Below are positions 1 through 8,473 of a stretch of 35,712 nucleotides of DNA, piece by piece; the stretch's first letter is position 1, and each line of letters begins with the position of its first letter. The stretch spans positions 1 through 35,712 of IMG/VR virus record IMGVR_UViG_3300024264_000088. One strand, given 5' to 3'. This stretch comes from a virus (taxonomy: Duplodnaviria; Caudoviricetes). The notes under the pieces were generated by a model, which was not told the origin of the DNA, did not search any database, and worked only from the letters and a program-made list of their open reading frames with translations. The position numbers and the translations under genes were made by a program.

Positions 1-516
1 CAACATCTTATCACGCTTTTTCATAGCTGCGTCAATCTTTAACTTACTGGCTTTCTCTGTAAAGTTTCTACCTAACATATGGTCGTATTCGTGTTGAACA
101 ATACGACTCATCATACCATCAAGTTTTGCTTCTTTAAGTTCACCATCTTCATCTGTGTACTTTAATGTAATCTTTCTTGGTCTGTTAATATTTAAAAATA
201 AGAAAGGATAAGTTAAACAACCCTCTTTCATCAGGACAGTTTCTTCACTTGCTTCTATAATCATAGGATTGAAACATGATAGTCTTAGTCCTTTTTCTAT
301 TTGTGGATGACCACCAACTACAAACATATTGAAAGGTAAACCAACTTGGTTTGCTGATAGTCCAATACCTTGATATTTTTCCATTGCAAAGTTCATGGCC
401 TCTGCAAGTTCCTTTCTACTTTCAAATCCTTCATCTTTTAACATTTCGTCAACAAATGGTGCAATTGCATGGTTGACTCTAGGGTCGCTTGGTGGTATTA
501 ATTTTAGTTCTTTCAT
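1..516 (-). CDS. def: Peptide deformylase (3' end truncated by window edge; absent from ORF track)
   Basis: Manual translation from ATG at 516 (ATGA overlap with gp46 stop): MKELKLIPPSDPRV...GIGLSANQVG...EGCLTYP...QHEYDHMLG; all three PDF motifs (GxGxAAxQ, EGCLS, HExDH) present, open to position 1. Confidence 0.95.
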   Translation of the reverse strand, partial: MKELKLIPPSDPRVNHAIAPFVDEMLKDEGFESRKELAEAMNFAMEKYQGIGLSANQVGLPFNMFVVGGHPQIEKGLRLSCFNPMIIEASEETVLMKEGCLTYPFLFLNINRPRKITLKYTDEDGELKEAKLDGMMSRIVQHEYDHMLGRNFTEKASKLKIDAAMKKRDKML

Positions 517-2222
517 GTTTGTTGTAACCTCGTAAAGTTTTTATATTTTTCATATTTAATAATATTAGTAAACTTGTCAAATAATATATCGCCTTTATGA
601 GATATAATAAAGATGTTTTCTTTCTCAAATTGTTTGATAATTTTAAAGAAGTCGTCCATACCTTGACCATCTAAACTACTATCAAATATTTCATCTAACA
701 TTAATAGATTGGTGTTTGTACTATTTTTCATCTTAGCAATTTGTCGCCAAGTAAAAAGTAAGGCCAAGTCAATTCTCATTTTCTCACCCTCACTAAAACT
801 ATTGTAATTAAAAGTATCTCTAAATCTACTTTTTATTGTTTCGTTAAATTCTTCATCTAAATTAAAGTTAACATAGAAATCCATAGATTGCAAATGTTGA
901 TTAATCAACTGGTTCATAATAGGCAAATACTTCTTAATGATTTGTGCTTTAGCACCTTTGTCATTTAGTATCTCTCTTAATACATCTACATATTTCTTTT
1001 GTTCTTGTACTTTGTTTAGTTCTTCTTCAGCTTCTTTTAATTGTACTGACATATTAACTAAATCTTCTTTGATACTTTCAATATCATTGTTTTGTGCCAT
1101 TGAAATATCACGGTGTATCTGGTCACTATTTTTCTTTATGTTTTCCAGACTTGTATGAATCTTGGCTATGTCCACATTCATCTCTTGTATCTTGTTTGTT
1201 ATCCGGCCAAACTGCGTTACTTTCTCCTCTTGTTTGGAAAGTTCTTCTACGAGCTCTCGCAAGCCGCCTGATAGTTTCGAAATGGTTTGGTGTTCGTGGT
1301 TGCATTTTTGTTCCTTAAAATCTGCATTTATGGATTGTGTACAAGTAGGACAATTATCATTCTGTTCAAAAAATTCTAATGTCTTTTTGTGTGATGATAG
1401 ATTTGTTTCTATCTTAGCTTCTAATTTTTGTAGTTGATTATACTTCATATCAACTTTTAGTTTGTCTTTTACCTTTTCTTTTGATACAGCTATTGATTCA
1501 TTCAGTTCTTGTATTTTTTGTTCATAATTAAGTGAATCTTGTGTGTTTTTATCTAACAATTTTTGCTTATGCGCCTGGATGTCTGTTCCTTGGTCTTCCA
1601 AAGACTTTAAGTGTTTTGCTTCAGTTTCGTATTTGGTCTTTATTAGTTCCGCTTGGTGGCGCACCTCCGTAAGACTTTTTTGTAAATCACTCTGTTGGGA
1701 ACGCAAAATCAAATCCATTAAGCCAAAAACTCTTATGTCCAAGATTTCTTCAACAACTTCTCGTCTATATCTTGGTTTCATCTTCATAAACGGTTCGTAA
1801 GATGAAGAACCTAAAATAACGACCTGAATAAATGACCTGTAATTCAGTTTCATTATATTTTGTTCTAGGTATTTTTGATAATCTATATTACTTGCGTCTT
1901 GGTTTATAAGTTTATTGTTTTGATATATTTCAAATAGATTTGGTTTAATGCCTCGTCTAATCATATATTGATTTGTGCCAACTTCAAACTCTACTTCAAC
2001 AAGTGTATCACCATTATTAATAGTATTGACCATTTGGTCTTTCTTAATAATTCTAAATGGTTTATTAAACAAGGCATAACACAAAGCGTCTAATAGTGTT
2101 GACTTACCACTACCATTACTACCAACGATTAATGTTGTAGGAGCTTTATCTAGTTCTACCTCAATTGGTACATTGCCTGTAGATAGAAAGTTTTTATATC
2201 TTATTCTTTTAAAAGAAATCAT
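513..2222 (-). CDS. gp46: Recombination endonuclease ATPase subunit gp46 (Rad50/SbcC-like)
   Basis: Walker A GSNGSGKS, coiled coil with CPTC zinc hook, signature FSEGEKMRIDLALLF, Walker B LLMLDEIFDSSLD, H-loop ISHK. Confidence 0.97.
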   Translation of the reverse strand: MISFKRIRYKNFLSTGNVPIEVELDKAPTTLIVGSNGSGKSTLLDALCYALFNKPFRIIKKDQMVNTINNGDTLVEVEFEVGTNQYMIRRGIKPNLFEIYQNNKLINQDASNIDYQKYLEQNIMKLNYRSFIQVVILGSSSYEPFMKMKPRYRREVVEEILDIRVFGLMDLILRSQQSDLQKSLTEVRHQAELIKTKYETEAKHLKSLEDQGTDIQAHKQKLLDKNTQDSLNYEQKIQELNESIAVSKEKVKDKLKVDMKYNQLQKLEAKIETNLSSHKKTLEFFEQNDNCPTCTQSINADFKEQKCNHEHQTISKLSGGLRELVEELSKQEEKVTQFGRITNKIQEMNVDIAKIHTSLENIKKNSDQIHRDISMAQNNDIESIKEDLVNMSVQLKEAEEELNKVQEQKKYVDVLREILNDKGAKAQIIKKYLPIMNQLINQHLQSMDFYVNFNLDEEFNETIKSRFRDTFNYNSFSEGEKMRIDLALLFTWRQIAKMKNSTNTNLLMLDEIFDSSLDGQGMDDFFKIIKQFEKENIFIISHKGDILFDKFTNIIKYEKYKNFTRLQQT

Positions 2223-2853
2223 TTGATAAATTTTGTCTGTTTAATATTTCAAGGTTGCCTGATACACTAATTCTTGTGCATTTTGATTTAAAAGGAACCA
2301 CCCAATGTTGTAATAGTGCTGGGAAAATATACATATCACCAGTTCTAGGTTTAATTGATTGACCTGTTTGTGCCCATTTTGGTTTTGCTTGTTGTGTAAA
2401 CTCAAACATTAATGAACCAGGTTTAGCAGATGTTCCTTCAAATTCTTCTTCTTCTTTTTCTAATTGTTTTGGTACATCTAAAAATATAACAAATGAGTAA
2501 TCGCCACCATGTGTGTGTACAGGATTAAAGTCACCAGGTTTCATAAAGTTTATCCATAAATCGTGAGCATTTAATTCTACACCCTCATTTGGTAAACCTA
2601 TAAAATTTGACCAGCCTTCTCTATACGCCTGCCAAATAAAGTTTGATTCTTGATAAAACCAAGATGTAGTTTCATCATTATATTTTAATTGTGTATGTAA
2701 ATGACCAGCTAAATTTTTGTGATAACTTTTTAAATCTTTTTTACCATCTTTTAATAATCTTTTTCTCATATCCTCAGGTATTTTTGTTCTCATAACATAA
2801 GGACCAAATGGTATATTACCATATTCTATTGTTTTATTCACTTGCTTCTCCAT
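2209..2853 (-). CDS. Putative 2OG-Fe(II) oxygenase, HxH type (TIGR02466-like)
   Basis: WINFMKPGDFNPVHTH...YSFVIFL...FPALLQHWVVPF...RISVSGN; start is ATG 2853 or GTG 2841 (GGAG upstream). Confidence 0.8.
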   Translation of the reverse strand: MEKQVNKTIEYGNIPFGPYVMRTKIPEDMRKRLLKDGKKDLKSYHKNLAGHLHTQLKYNDETTSWFYQESNFIWQAYREGWSNFIGLPNEGVELNAHDLWINFMKPGDFNPVHTHGGDYSFVIFLDVPKQLEKEEEEFEGTSAKPGSLMFEFTQQAKPKWAQTGQSIKPRTGDMYIFPALLQHWVVPFKSKCTRISVSGNLEILNRQNLSNDFF

Positions 2854-3883
2854 ACAGTTCTCTTGCAAACTGTTTAAGTTTTGATTTATCTAATTCACCA
2901 GTATCAGCCTGGTCAATGTAATTATTCAAAAAGGTTTGCGTATCTTCTCCCTGGTCTAGTATATCACTTCTTACTGTAGAAGAAACATCAATCGGGTCTT
3001 CTATAATCTGTAGTTCGTGTACACTAATTGTATTGTAAATTCTCTCTATGAGTTGATTATACATATCTTCATCTGTCTTATTAACAATGAATAGTTTTAC
3101 ATAAGTATTATCAAACTCTGTTAAGTCGTATTGTGAATAGTTTTGTTCTTTATCATTATAGTATATTTTTTTATACATACGATAAGGATTAGGCACTCTT
3201 TCCAATTCTCTGGTTTCTGTGTCAAATATATGAAAGCCTTTAGGACATTGATAGTCTGACCATGTAATTTCGTATTGCGTACCTAGATAATAGATACGAC
3301 CATCATCTGACTTCTTGTGAAAATGGCCTGATATTACTTTTTCGAATTTTGTGAATTGTGATTTTTCTTGCCCATGGTCATTATAAACGCCTTTGTGCAT
3401 TTCAAAGCCTTTAATTTCAAGGTGACCCATGCAAATAGTTGAAGTGGTATTGTCAATAGCATGTACACTATCATCCAAGTTGTCATCACAAATCCAAGGA
3501 AGAAACAATATATCAATACCCCCAAGGTTAACAGTAGTTGCTCGGGTATAGATTTTAGCATTTTTAGAAATATTAAGATTCTGTAAAGCATTGACCTCGT
3601 TTGTGTTCTTATAATATGTGTCATGGTTACCTATAATTATATGGGTATCTATAACCATATCATCTAACTTATCCCAAAAAACTTTTTTAAAGTTATGAGC
3701 TGTGTTGTGATTTATAAATTTTCGTCTGTCAACAACATCACCTAAATGTACCAATGTTCCAATGTTATGTTCTTTCAAGTATGGAAAGAAAATGTTATTG
3801 TAAAACTTATTTTGGTATTCTATAAAGGCAGGTGAGTCATTACGGCATCCGAAATGTGTGTCATTCAGTAACGCTATCTTCAT
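2834..3883 (-). CDS. gp47: Recombination endonuclease nuclease subunit gp47 (Mre11/SbcD-like)
   Basis: Start MKIALLNDTHFG at 3883; metallophosphoesterase motifs DTH, GDVVD, GNHD, GHFH; upstream of gp46. Confidence 0.96.
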   Translation of the reverse strand: MKIALLNDTHFGCRNDSPAFIEYQNKFYNNIFFPYLKEHNIGTLVHLGDVVDRRKFINHNTAHNFKKVFWDKLDDMVIDTHIIIGNHDTYYKNTNEVNALQNLNISKNAKIYTRATTVNLGGIDILFLPWICDDNLDDSVHAIDNTTSTICMGHLEIKGFEMHKGVYNDHGQEKSQFTKFEKVISGHFHKKSDDGRIYYLGTQYEITWSDYQCPKGFHIFDTETRELERVPNPYRMYKKIYYNDKEQNYSQYDLTEFDNTYVKLFIVNKTDEDMYNQLIERIYNTISVHELQIIEDPIDVSSTVRSDILDQGEDTQTFLNNYIDQADTGELDKSKLKQFARELYGEASE

Positions 3884-4436
3884 TAATAAAATATTCCAAG
3901 GTTGATTGTGATTTTTTAGTAGTTCTTTTCTTTTTTTCTTTTTTAGCTGGTTCGTCAATTATTGTATTCTTTTGTAAGAATTCAGTAAATTGATTTTTAA
4001 AATCTCTATCTTCTCCTGGTTGCAAACTCATATCATCATAATTATGTTCCATTATTAGCTTTTGTTTAATGGTTACTTGTTTTTTCTCTTTTTGTATTCT
4101 TCTAATAAATGCGTAATAAATGATTTGTGTAAAGTAAGCAAAAGGATTGTTAGATTTCTCTGGATTAAAGTTATCCAAATACTGTAAACAATTCTCTATA
4201 CCATCACTAATCATATCATCTCTAAATGTATAGTTAATAAAATTAGGTCTATACGATAAGTGATTCGCTATCTTTAAGAAACAACTACCAATGTAATCTG
4301 TAACAGGAGGCCTATCTAATTTCTTCTTTTCAGCATGTTGTACTGCCTTTTTGAATTCAATCATGGCAGCCAAAAACTCCTTATTATTTACATAATGTTC
4401 TTTTTGTGTTTTTGTTTTTTTAGTCATAGTAGTCAT
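3861..4436 (-). CDS. gp55: Late-transcription sigma factor gp55
   Basis: HYVNNKEFL, IANHLSYRPNFINYTFRDDMISDGIENC, NPFAYFTQIIYYAFIRRIQKEK; C-terminal TLEYFI resembles the T4 clamp-binding SLDFL motif. Start 4436 or 4427. Confidence 0.97.
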   Translation of the reverse strand: MTTMTKKTKTQKEHYVNNKEFLAAMIEFKKAVQHAEKKKLDRPPVTDYIGSCFLKIANHLSYRPNFINYTFRDDMISDGIENCLQYLDNFNPEKSNNPFAYFTQIIYYAFIRRIQKEKKQVTIKQKLIMEHNYDDMSLQPGEDRDFKNQFTEFLQKNTIIDEPAKKEKKKRTTKKSQSTLEYFINEDSVTE

Positions 4437-4462
4437 TATACATTATCCTCACAAATAGTCAA
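4435..4462 (-). promoter_or_regulatory. Sigma70-type promoter for gp55
   Basis: Minus strand TTGACT-16 nt-TATAAT; 7 nt later is the ATG at 4427. Confidence 0.65.
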
Positions 4463-4507
4463 GCCTAGGTTGACATAATTATTTTTAATTAAATGGCCGA
4501 ACCACGC

Positions 4508-4535
4508 TTGACATGGTAAAAAAATCGTATATAAT
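4508..4535 (+). promoter_or_regulatory. Consensus sigma70 promoter on the antisense strand
   Basis: TTGACA (4508-4513), 16-nt spacer, TATAAT (4530-4535) in the intergenic gap; no plus-strand ORF follows. Confidence 0.7.
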
Positions 4536-4601
4536 AAGCGGTGTTCCGGTTCAAAGAGATAAACTCCTAAGCCATTACTTACAGATACTTTGTTTTTAAT
4601 T

Positions 4602-5018
4602 TTAATGGACGGTTGGGTCTTCTTCAAACTCATCAAATATTTCATTAAGTCTTCTATCATCTTCATCACTTACTCTTTCTTGTTCATAGTTGGGCACCTT
4701 TAATCTATCTGGTACTTTATCAACAACATTATAATCTCTAATAATATTTACATATGACGATTGCATTTCACCAGTTGCGTTGGTGATTGTCATAATCTTT
4801 TCTTTTGGAATAGTAATAACTTGGTCACTTGTATAAGCTGTCCACTTTACTAATGCCACATAATCTTTAAATCCCTGAGGTGTTAACTGAGGAATGTATT
4901 TAATTTGAAACGGTTTTGTTATTCTTAATAATGCGTGGTCCTCTGGTAATTGGTCAGAGGGAAAGGCACAGACAATATCATCACCGTTAACTAGTTTAAC
5001 TATTTTAATATTTGTCAT
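4602..5018 (-). CDS. Conserved T4-like hypothetical protein, probable Sm-like fold
   Basis: IKIVKLVNGDDIVC...LRITKPFQI...W...ITIPKEKIMTI pattern with acidic tail; position between uvsW and gp55 as in marine T4-like phages. Confidence 0.65.
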   Translation of the reverse strand: MTNIKIVKLVNGDDIVCAFPSDQLPEDHALLRITKPFQIKYIPQLTPQGFKDYVALVKWTAYTSDQVITIPKEKIMTITNATGEMQSSYVNIIRDYNVVDKVPDRLKVPNYEQERVSDEDDRRLNEIFDEFEEDPTVH

Positions 5019-6496
5019 TTGTTTAACTCCACATTATGGATTTCATAATCAAATTCTTCTTCATTGTATATATTTATCCTTTCTCTAAAGTGAGATAATG
5101 TATAATTCTCTTTCTCTTTATATGTTAAATCATCAGCAATATCATATAAAGTGGCCGTTGAATTATCATCTTTTAATCTTAAACCTCTACCAATACTTTG
5201 TAAATTTCTTATCCTTGATTTACTAGGAGAACAAAACACAATGTTGTGTAAGTTACGAATATTAATACCGGTACTAAAGGTTCCGTAACTTGCCACGATA
5301 ATAGCATTGTCACTCTTTTCCGTAATTTCTCTGATATTTTCCCTTTCATCTGCTTCTACACCTCCGTGTACATAAAATACTTTTTTATCCTCTGCCTTTT
5401 TTGTTATATCTTCAAACAGTCCTTTACCATGTTTTTCTACATACTGAAACAAACATAGTGTATTGCCTTGTAGTTTAGAAGATAGATTTACTATAAACTT
5501 ATTTCTCTTTTCATGTTTAACTAGAAAGTCCATTTCTTCTTGGTAGTTAAGACCACTTAACATTTGCCTACTACCACTATCATAATTTAATATTAAACCG
5601 TAAATTTTCAAGGCCGCCAATTGTTTTTTATCTTGTAACTCGGCAGTAGATATAACTTTATTTACAGTACCAAACAATCCTTCTAATACAAGTTTGTGTG
5701 TTTTCGTACCATCTAATGTACCTGTCAATCCATATCTATACTTACAGTCTGTTAATTTAGACATAATTTTAGTAAGTGATACTGCTTTAAATAAGTGTGC
5801 CTCATCTCCTACAATAGTACCAAACTGTTTAAACCATGCTTTTGGTAAATTATAGATTGATTGCCATGTAGATATAACTACTCTTTTATTTGTATCTTTA
5901 TCATGTCCTTGATATATTTTGTGTACATTAGCTTCACTATTCCAACCATAATCTTTAAAGTCTTTTGTCAATTGTTCTACCAATGATGTAGTAGGTACAA
6001 TAATTAATACTTTATTTTGTTTTTTATTTTTTAACCGAATAAGGTTAAACCTAGCAATAAGATAGACAATGAGAGATTTTCCACTAGCTGTGGGTGATAA
6101 CAATAAACAACGAGATTTTTTAATTGCATAGATAAATGCCTCCTTTTGGTAATCTCTTACTTCGAATGGTATTTTTAAGGCCTTAATAAAACCATCCACG
6201 GCCTGTTCGTCAACAGTAACATCTTTAATTTTAGTACCGTCAACAACTTCTATTTGATTATCTTTACACCACTTAATAATGTAAGGATATAACCCGGCAT
6301 ATATTTGACCAGTTTGATAAGAATATAATCTTATCTTTCCATCCCACACTCTATTTCTATATTGTGGCATAAACTTAAAACCTGGCACTTCAAATGTAAA
6401 ATATTCTGATAAATCTCTACGAATACCAGCCTCTGCCTCAATAGACAAATTAACTTCATCTTTCTTTTCCAGTACGATATACTTTACTACTGCCAT
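5015..6496 (-). CDS. uvsW: UvsW RNA-DNA/DNA-DNA helicase (SF2)
   Basis: FTFEVPGFKFMP...WDGKIRL, RDYQ, SPTASGKS, DEAH, GLTGT, QSIGRGLR; start probably MAVVKY at 6496. Confidence 0.97.
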   Translation of the reverse strand: MAVVKYIVLEKKDEVNLSIEAEAGIRRDLSEYFTFEVPGFKFMPQYRNRVWDGKIRLYSYQTGQIYAGLYPYIIKWCKDNQIEVVDGTKIKDVTVDEQAVDGFIKALKIPFEVRDYQKEAFIYAIKKSRCLLLSPTASGKSLIVYLIARFNLIRLKNKKQNKVLIIVPTTSLVEQLTKDFKDYGWNSEANVHKIYQGHDKDTNKRVVISTWQSIYNLPKAWFKQFGTIVGDEAHLFKAVSLTKIMSKLTDCKYRYGLTGTLDGTKTHKLVLEGLFGTVNKVISTAELQDKKQLAALKIYGLILNYDSGSRQMLSGLNYQEEMDFLVKHEKRNKFIVNLSSKLQGNTLCLFQYVEKHGKGLFEDITKKAEDKKVFYVHGGVEADERENIREITEKSDNAIIVASYGTFSTGINIRNLHNIVFCSPSKSRIRNLQSIGRGLRLKDDNSTATLYDIADDLTYKEKENYTLSHFRERINIYNEEEFDYEIHNVELNK

Positions 6497-7041
6497 TGTG
6501 TTCCTACTACCCAACCCACCAAAGACTTTCTAGTACCTTTTGTTACTTTACTTACCTTATGCCATACATGACTAGGAAATACAATCATGCTTCCTTTTTT
6601 AGGTTTAAATGTTTCAATTATAACTTTATCTGGATTAGGATGTGGTTGACATATTCTAAAATCACCACCCTCATAATCATCATTTAAACATAATGTAAAA
6701 CTTAACTTTCTAATTAAACCATTATCGTATGATTTTTTATGACTATCAATATGCCAATCATAATGGTCGCCTATATTATAAATTGTATATTGCAAAGGTT
6801 CAAATTCTTTTAAAGAAAAGTTCCAATTGTTTTCATCATTAGCTAATTGAACCAAGTTACTTAATGATTTTTGTAATTTTTTATTATCTAACCAAGATAC
6901 CTTTGAGCTTCTATTGTTATTATCACCATCTTTTATATTTGCATTTGTAATATTTTGTGACTCACCATCACTAATAATCTCATCACAAAAACTATGTGGT
7001 ACAATACTATCTTTTATATGGTATATTTTTGATAAAAACAT
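6487..7041 (-). CDS. 2OG-Fe(II) oxygenase, prolyl-4-hydroxylase/PKHD-like
   Basis: YDWHID...RKLSFT...YEGGDF...FPSHVWHKVSKVTKGTRKSLVGW (HxD...H...R); ATG at 7041 overlaps uvsY stop (TAATG). Confidence 0.9.
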   Translation of the reverse strand: MFLSKIYHIKDSIVPHSFCDEIISDGESQNITNANIKDGDNNNRSSKVSWLDNKKLQKSLSNLVQLANDENNWNFSLKEFEPLQYTIYNIGDHYDWHIDSHKKSYDNGLIRKLSFTLCLNDDYEGGDFRICQPHPNPDKVIIETFKPKKGSMIVFPSHVWHKVSKVTKGTRKSLVGWVVGTQWQ

Positions 7042-7469
7042 TACACAGCGCCACTTGTAAATCTTTGCCAATCAATAGCATTTTTAATTGTAAAAGTTCT
7101 ATTAGATATTTGTCTGATTGTTTTGTCCAAGTAGTCAACGCAAGTTGAAAGATATTCACACTTTTGTTTACCTCGTATTAATTCTTCATCTGCTTCGATA
7201 TACTTGTCTATATCTGTTCTTAATATTTTTAAATCAAATGGTTTTTGAGCATAGACTGAAGCGTCTGACTTGCCTGTATAATATTCCCATTTGTCTTTTT
7301 TTAACTGTTTATAATCCGTTTCCGCTTTAGTCAACATCAATTTAAACTTTGTATAGTGTTTCATATACTTGTTATGTAATTGAGGCGTTTTAAGGGATTC
7401 TAAATCTAATTCAGTATTATTAATGGCCAAATCTTTGTCGGCCATTTCTTGTAGTTTTTCTAAATCCAT
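7041..7469 (-). CDS. uvsY: Recombination mediator UvsY
   Basis: DLESLKTPQLHNKY, KWEYYTGK, DIDKYIEADEEL, RTFTIKNAIDW; upstream of uvsW. Confidence 0.93.
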   Translation of the reverse strand: MDLEKLQEMADKDLAINNTELDLESLKTPQLHNKYMKHYTKFKLMLTKAETDYKQLKKDKWEYYTGKSDASVYAQKPFDLKILRTDIDKYIEADEELIRGKQKCEYLSTCVDYLDKTIRQISNRTFTIKNAIDWQRFTSGAV

Positions 7470-7491
7470 AATTTATCCTTATATTCACTTC

Positions 7492-7520
7492 ATTATATCA
7501 CAAAAACATTAAAAAGTAAA
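7492..7520 (-). promoter_or_regulatory. Early/sigma70-type promoter for uvsY-uvsW
   Basis: Minus strand TTTACT-17 nt-TATAAT with extended -10 (TGTGATATAAT), like T4 early promoters; AAGGA SD before uvsY. Confidence 0.75.
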
Positions 7521-7526
7521 GTCTGA

Positions 7527-8150
7527 TTAAGAAGTTGTAACAGTAGTGCTTGAAGCACCAACACCTGCAAAATCAAATCTACTATAATTAAAGCTTACTG
7601 TGGTTGTCAAATACTGTACATCTGTTGCTTGTTGGTCATATTGTAATTCGCCTATAGATGTTGGATATAAATCTCTAAATCTACACTCCACAATAGGGTT
7701 GTTTTTACTTGTTAATACAATCAATGTTGCGTCTGAAAATACAGCACCTTGTTTTGTTGTTCCATATTTAACTTTACCTGGTTCAGTTGATACTGCACTT
7801 GACCCACCAGGAAAACGGTCAGCGCCAGCTTGTGCAAGGTTACCATATTCTAGGTAATCTTCGGGAAAGCCTAACCCTCTAATCCATCCATGTATCTCTT
7901 GGAAGTTCTCTAAATTTTCATCAACCAAAAATGTCATATTTAAAGTACCATAAGTCAGTTTAGTTCCTGGCATTGGTAAATCTACAAATGGTGTTGGTTG
8001 TGATGTTTCACTAATTGTTAGTGAAGGCAAGTTAACAGCCGTACAAAAATATTCTACTTTTGGTAGTTTAGATATTTGAAATTTAAACTGCGTTGGACTT
8101 GCATAGTCTAAACTTGTAGGTTGTCTTGCAAAACTATTTGTTGTTGTCAT
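7527..8150 (-). CDS. gp3: Tail completion/tube terminator gp3
   Basis: SPTQFKFQISKLPKVEYFC...NLP...FLVDENLENFQEIHGW...SDATL...F.DLYPTSI; tube-protein fold, located between gp23 and uvsY. Confidence 0.85.
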   Translation of the reverse strand: MTTTNSFARQPTSLDYASPTQFKFQISKLPKVEYFCTAVNLPSLTISETSQPTPFVDLPMPGTKLTYGTLNMTFLVDENLENFQEIHGWIRGLGFPEDYLEYGNLAQAGADRFPGGSSAVSTEPGKVKYGTTKQGAVFSDATLIVLTSKNNPIVECRFRDLYPTSIGELQYDQQATDVQYLTTTVSFNYSRFDFAGVGASSTTVTTS

Positions 8151-8388
8151 TGTCGACCTCTTTCCACTCTTTTTCTGTGGCTAATTGTTCTAGTTGTTTT
8201 TCCTTTTCAGTCAAAATTTCTCTTTGCATTTGAATATCATTTATTCTTTTTTCAATGAATTCTAAAGCATTTTTCTTATCAGGATATGTAAAATAAGCGA
8301 CTAAAAATATTGCACTAGCAATACCTAGTATCCATGAATACTGTAAAAACATTTTACCTAACCTCTTATTTCTTCTTTTTTTCTTCAC
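8134..8388 (-). CDS. Small membrane protein (basic N-terminus, one TM helix, coiled coil)
   Basis: GTG start; KKKRRNKR, hydrophobic WILGIASAIFLVAYFTY, heptad-like C-terminus; overlaps gp3 start. Confidence 0.7.
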   Translation of the reverse strand: MKKKRRNKRLGKMFLQYSWILGIASAIFLVAYFTYPDKKNALEFIEKRINDIQMQREILTEKEKQLEQLATEKEWKEVDNDNNK

Positions 8389-8393
8389 AATAC

Positions 8394-8401
8394 TATTTAT
8401 C
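8394..8401 (-). promoter_or_regulatory. Late promoter variant GATAAATA
   Basis: One mismatch to TATAAATA, just after gp23 terminator, 5 nt before GTG 8388. Confidence 0.6.
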
Positions 8402-8415
8402 CATTTAGGAGGACC

Positions 8416-8451
8416 AAAAAAAAAGGGCGACTTTTGACGGCCGCCCTTTTT
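8416..8451 (-). terminator. Rho-independent terminator after gp23
   Basis: Minus strand GGGCGGC-CGTCAAAA-GTCGCCC followed by T9; A/T tracts on both sides. Confidence 0.9.
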
Positions 8452-8473
8452 CGTATTACTGTATAAACAGTTA

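Noticed and set aside
479-670. 63-aa minus-strand ORF
   Set aside because: Alternative frame overlapping gp46 and peptide deformylase.
4540-4600. GGTTCAA resembling a tRNA T-loop
   Set aside because: No T-stem closure, acceptor stem or anticodon arm could be folded.
4436-4669. 77-aa minus-strand ORF spanning the Sm-like/gp55 gap
   Set aside because: Starts out of frame inside the Sm-like gene, crosses promoter elements, no SD or motif; gap better explained as regulatory.
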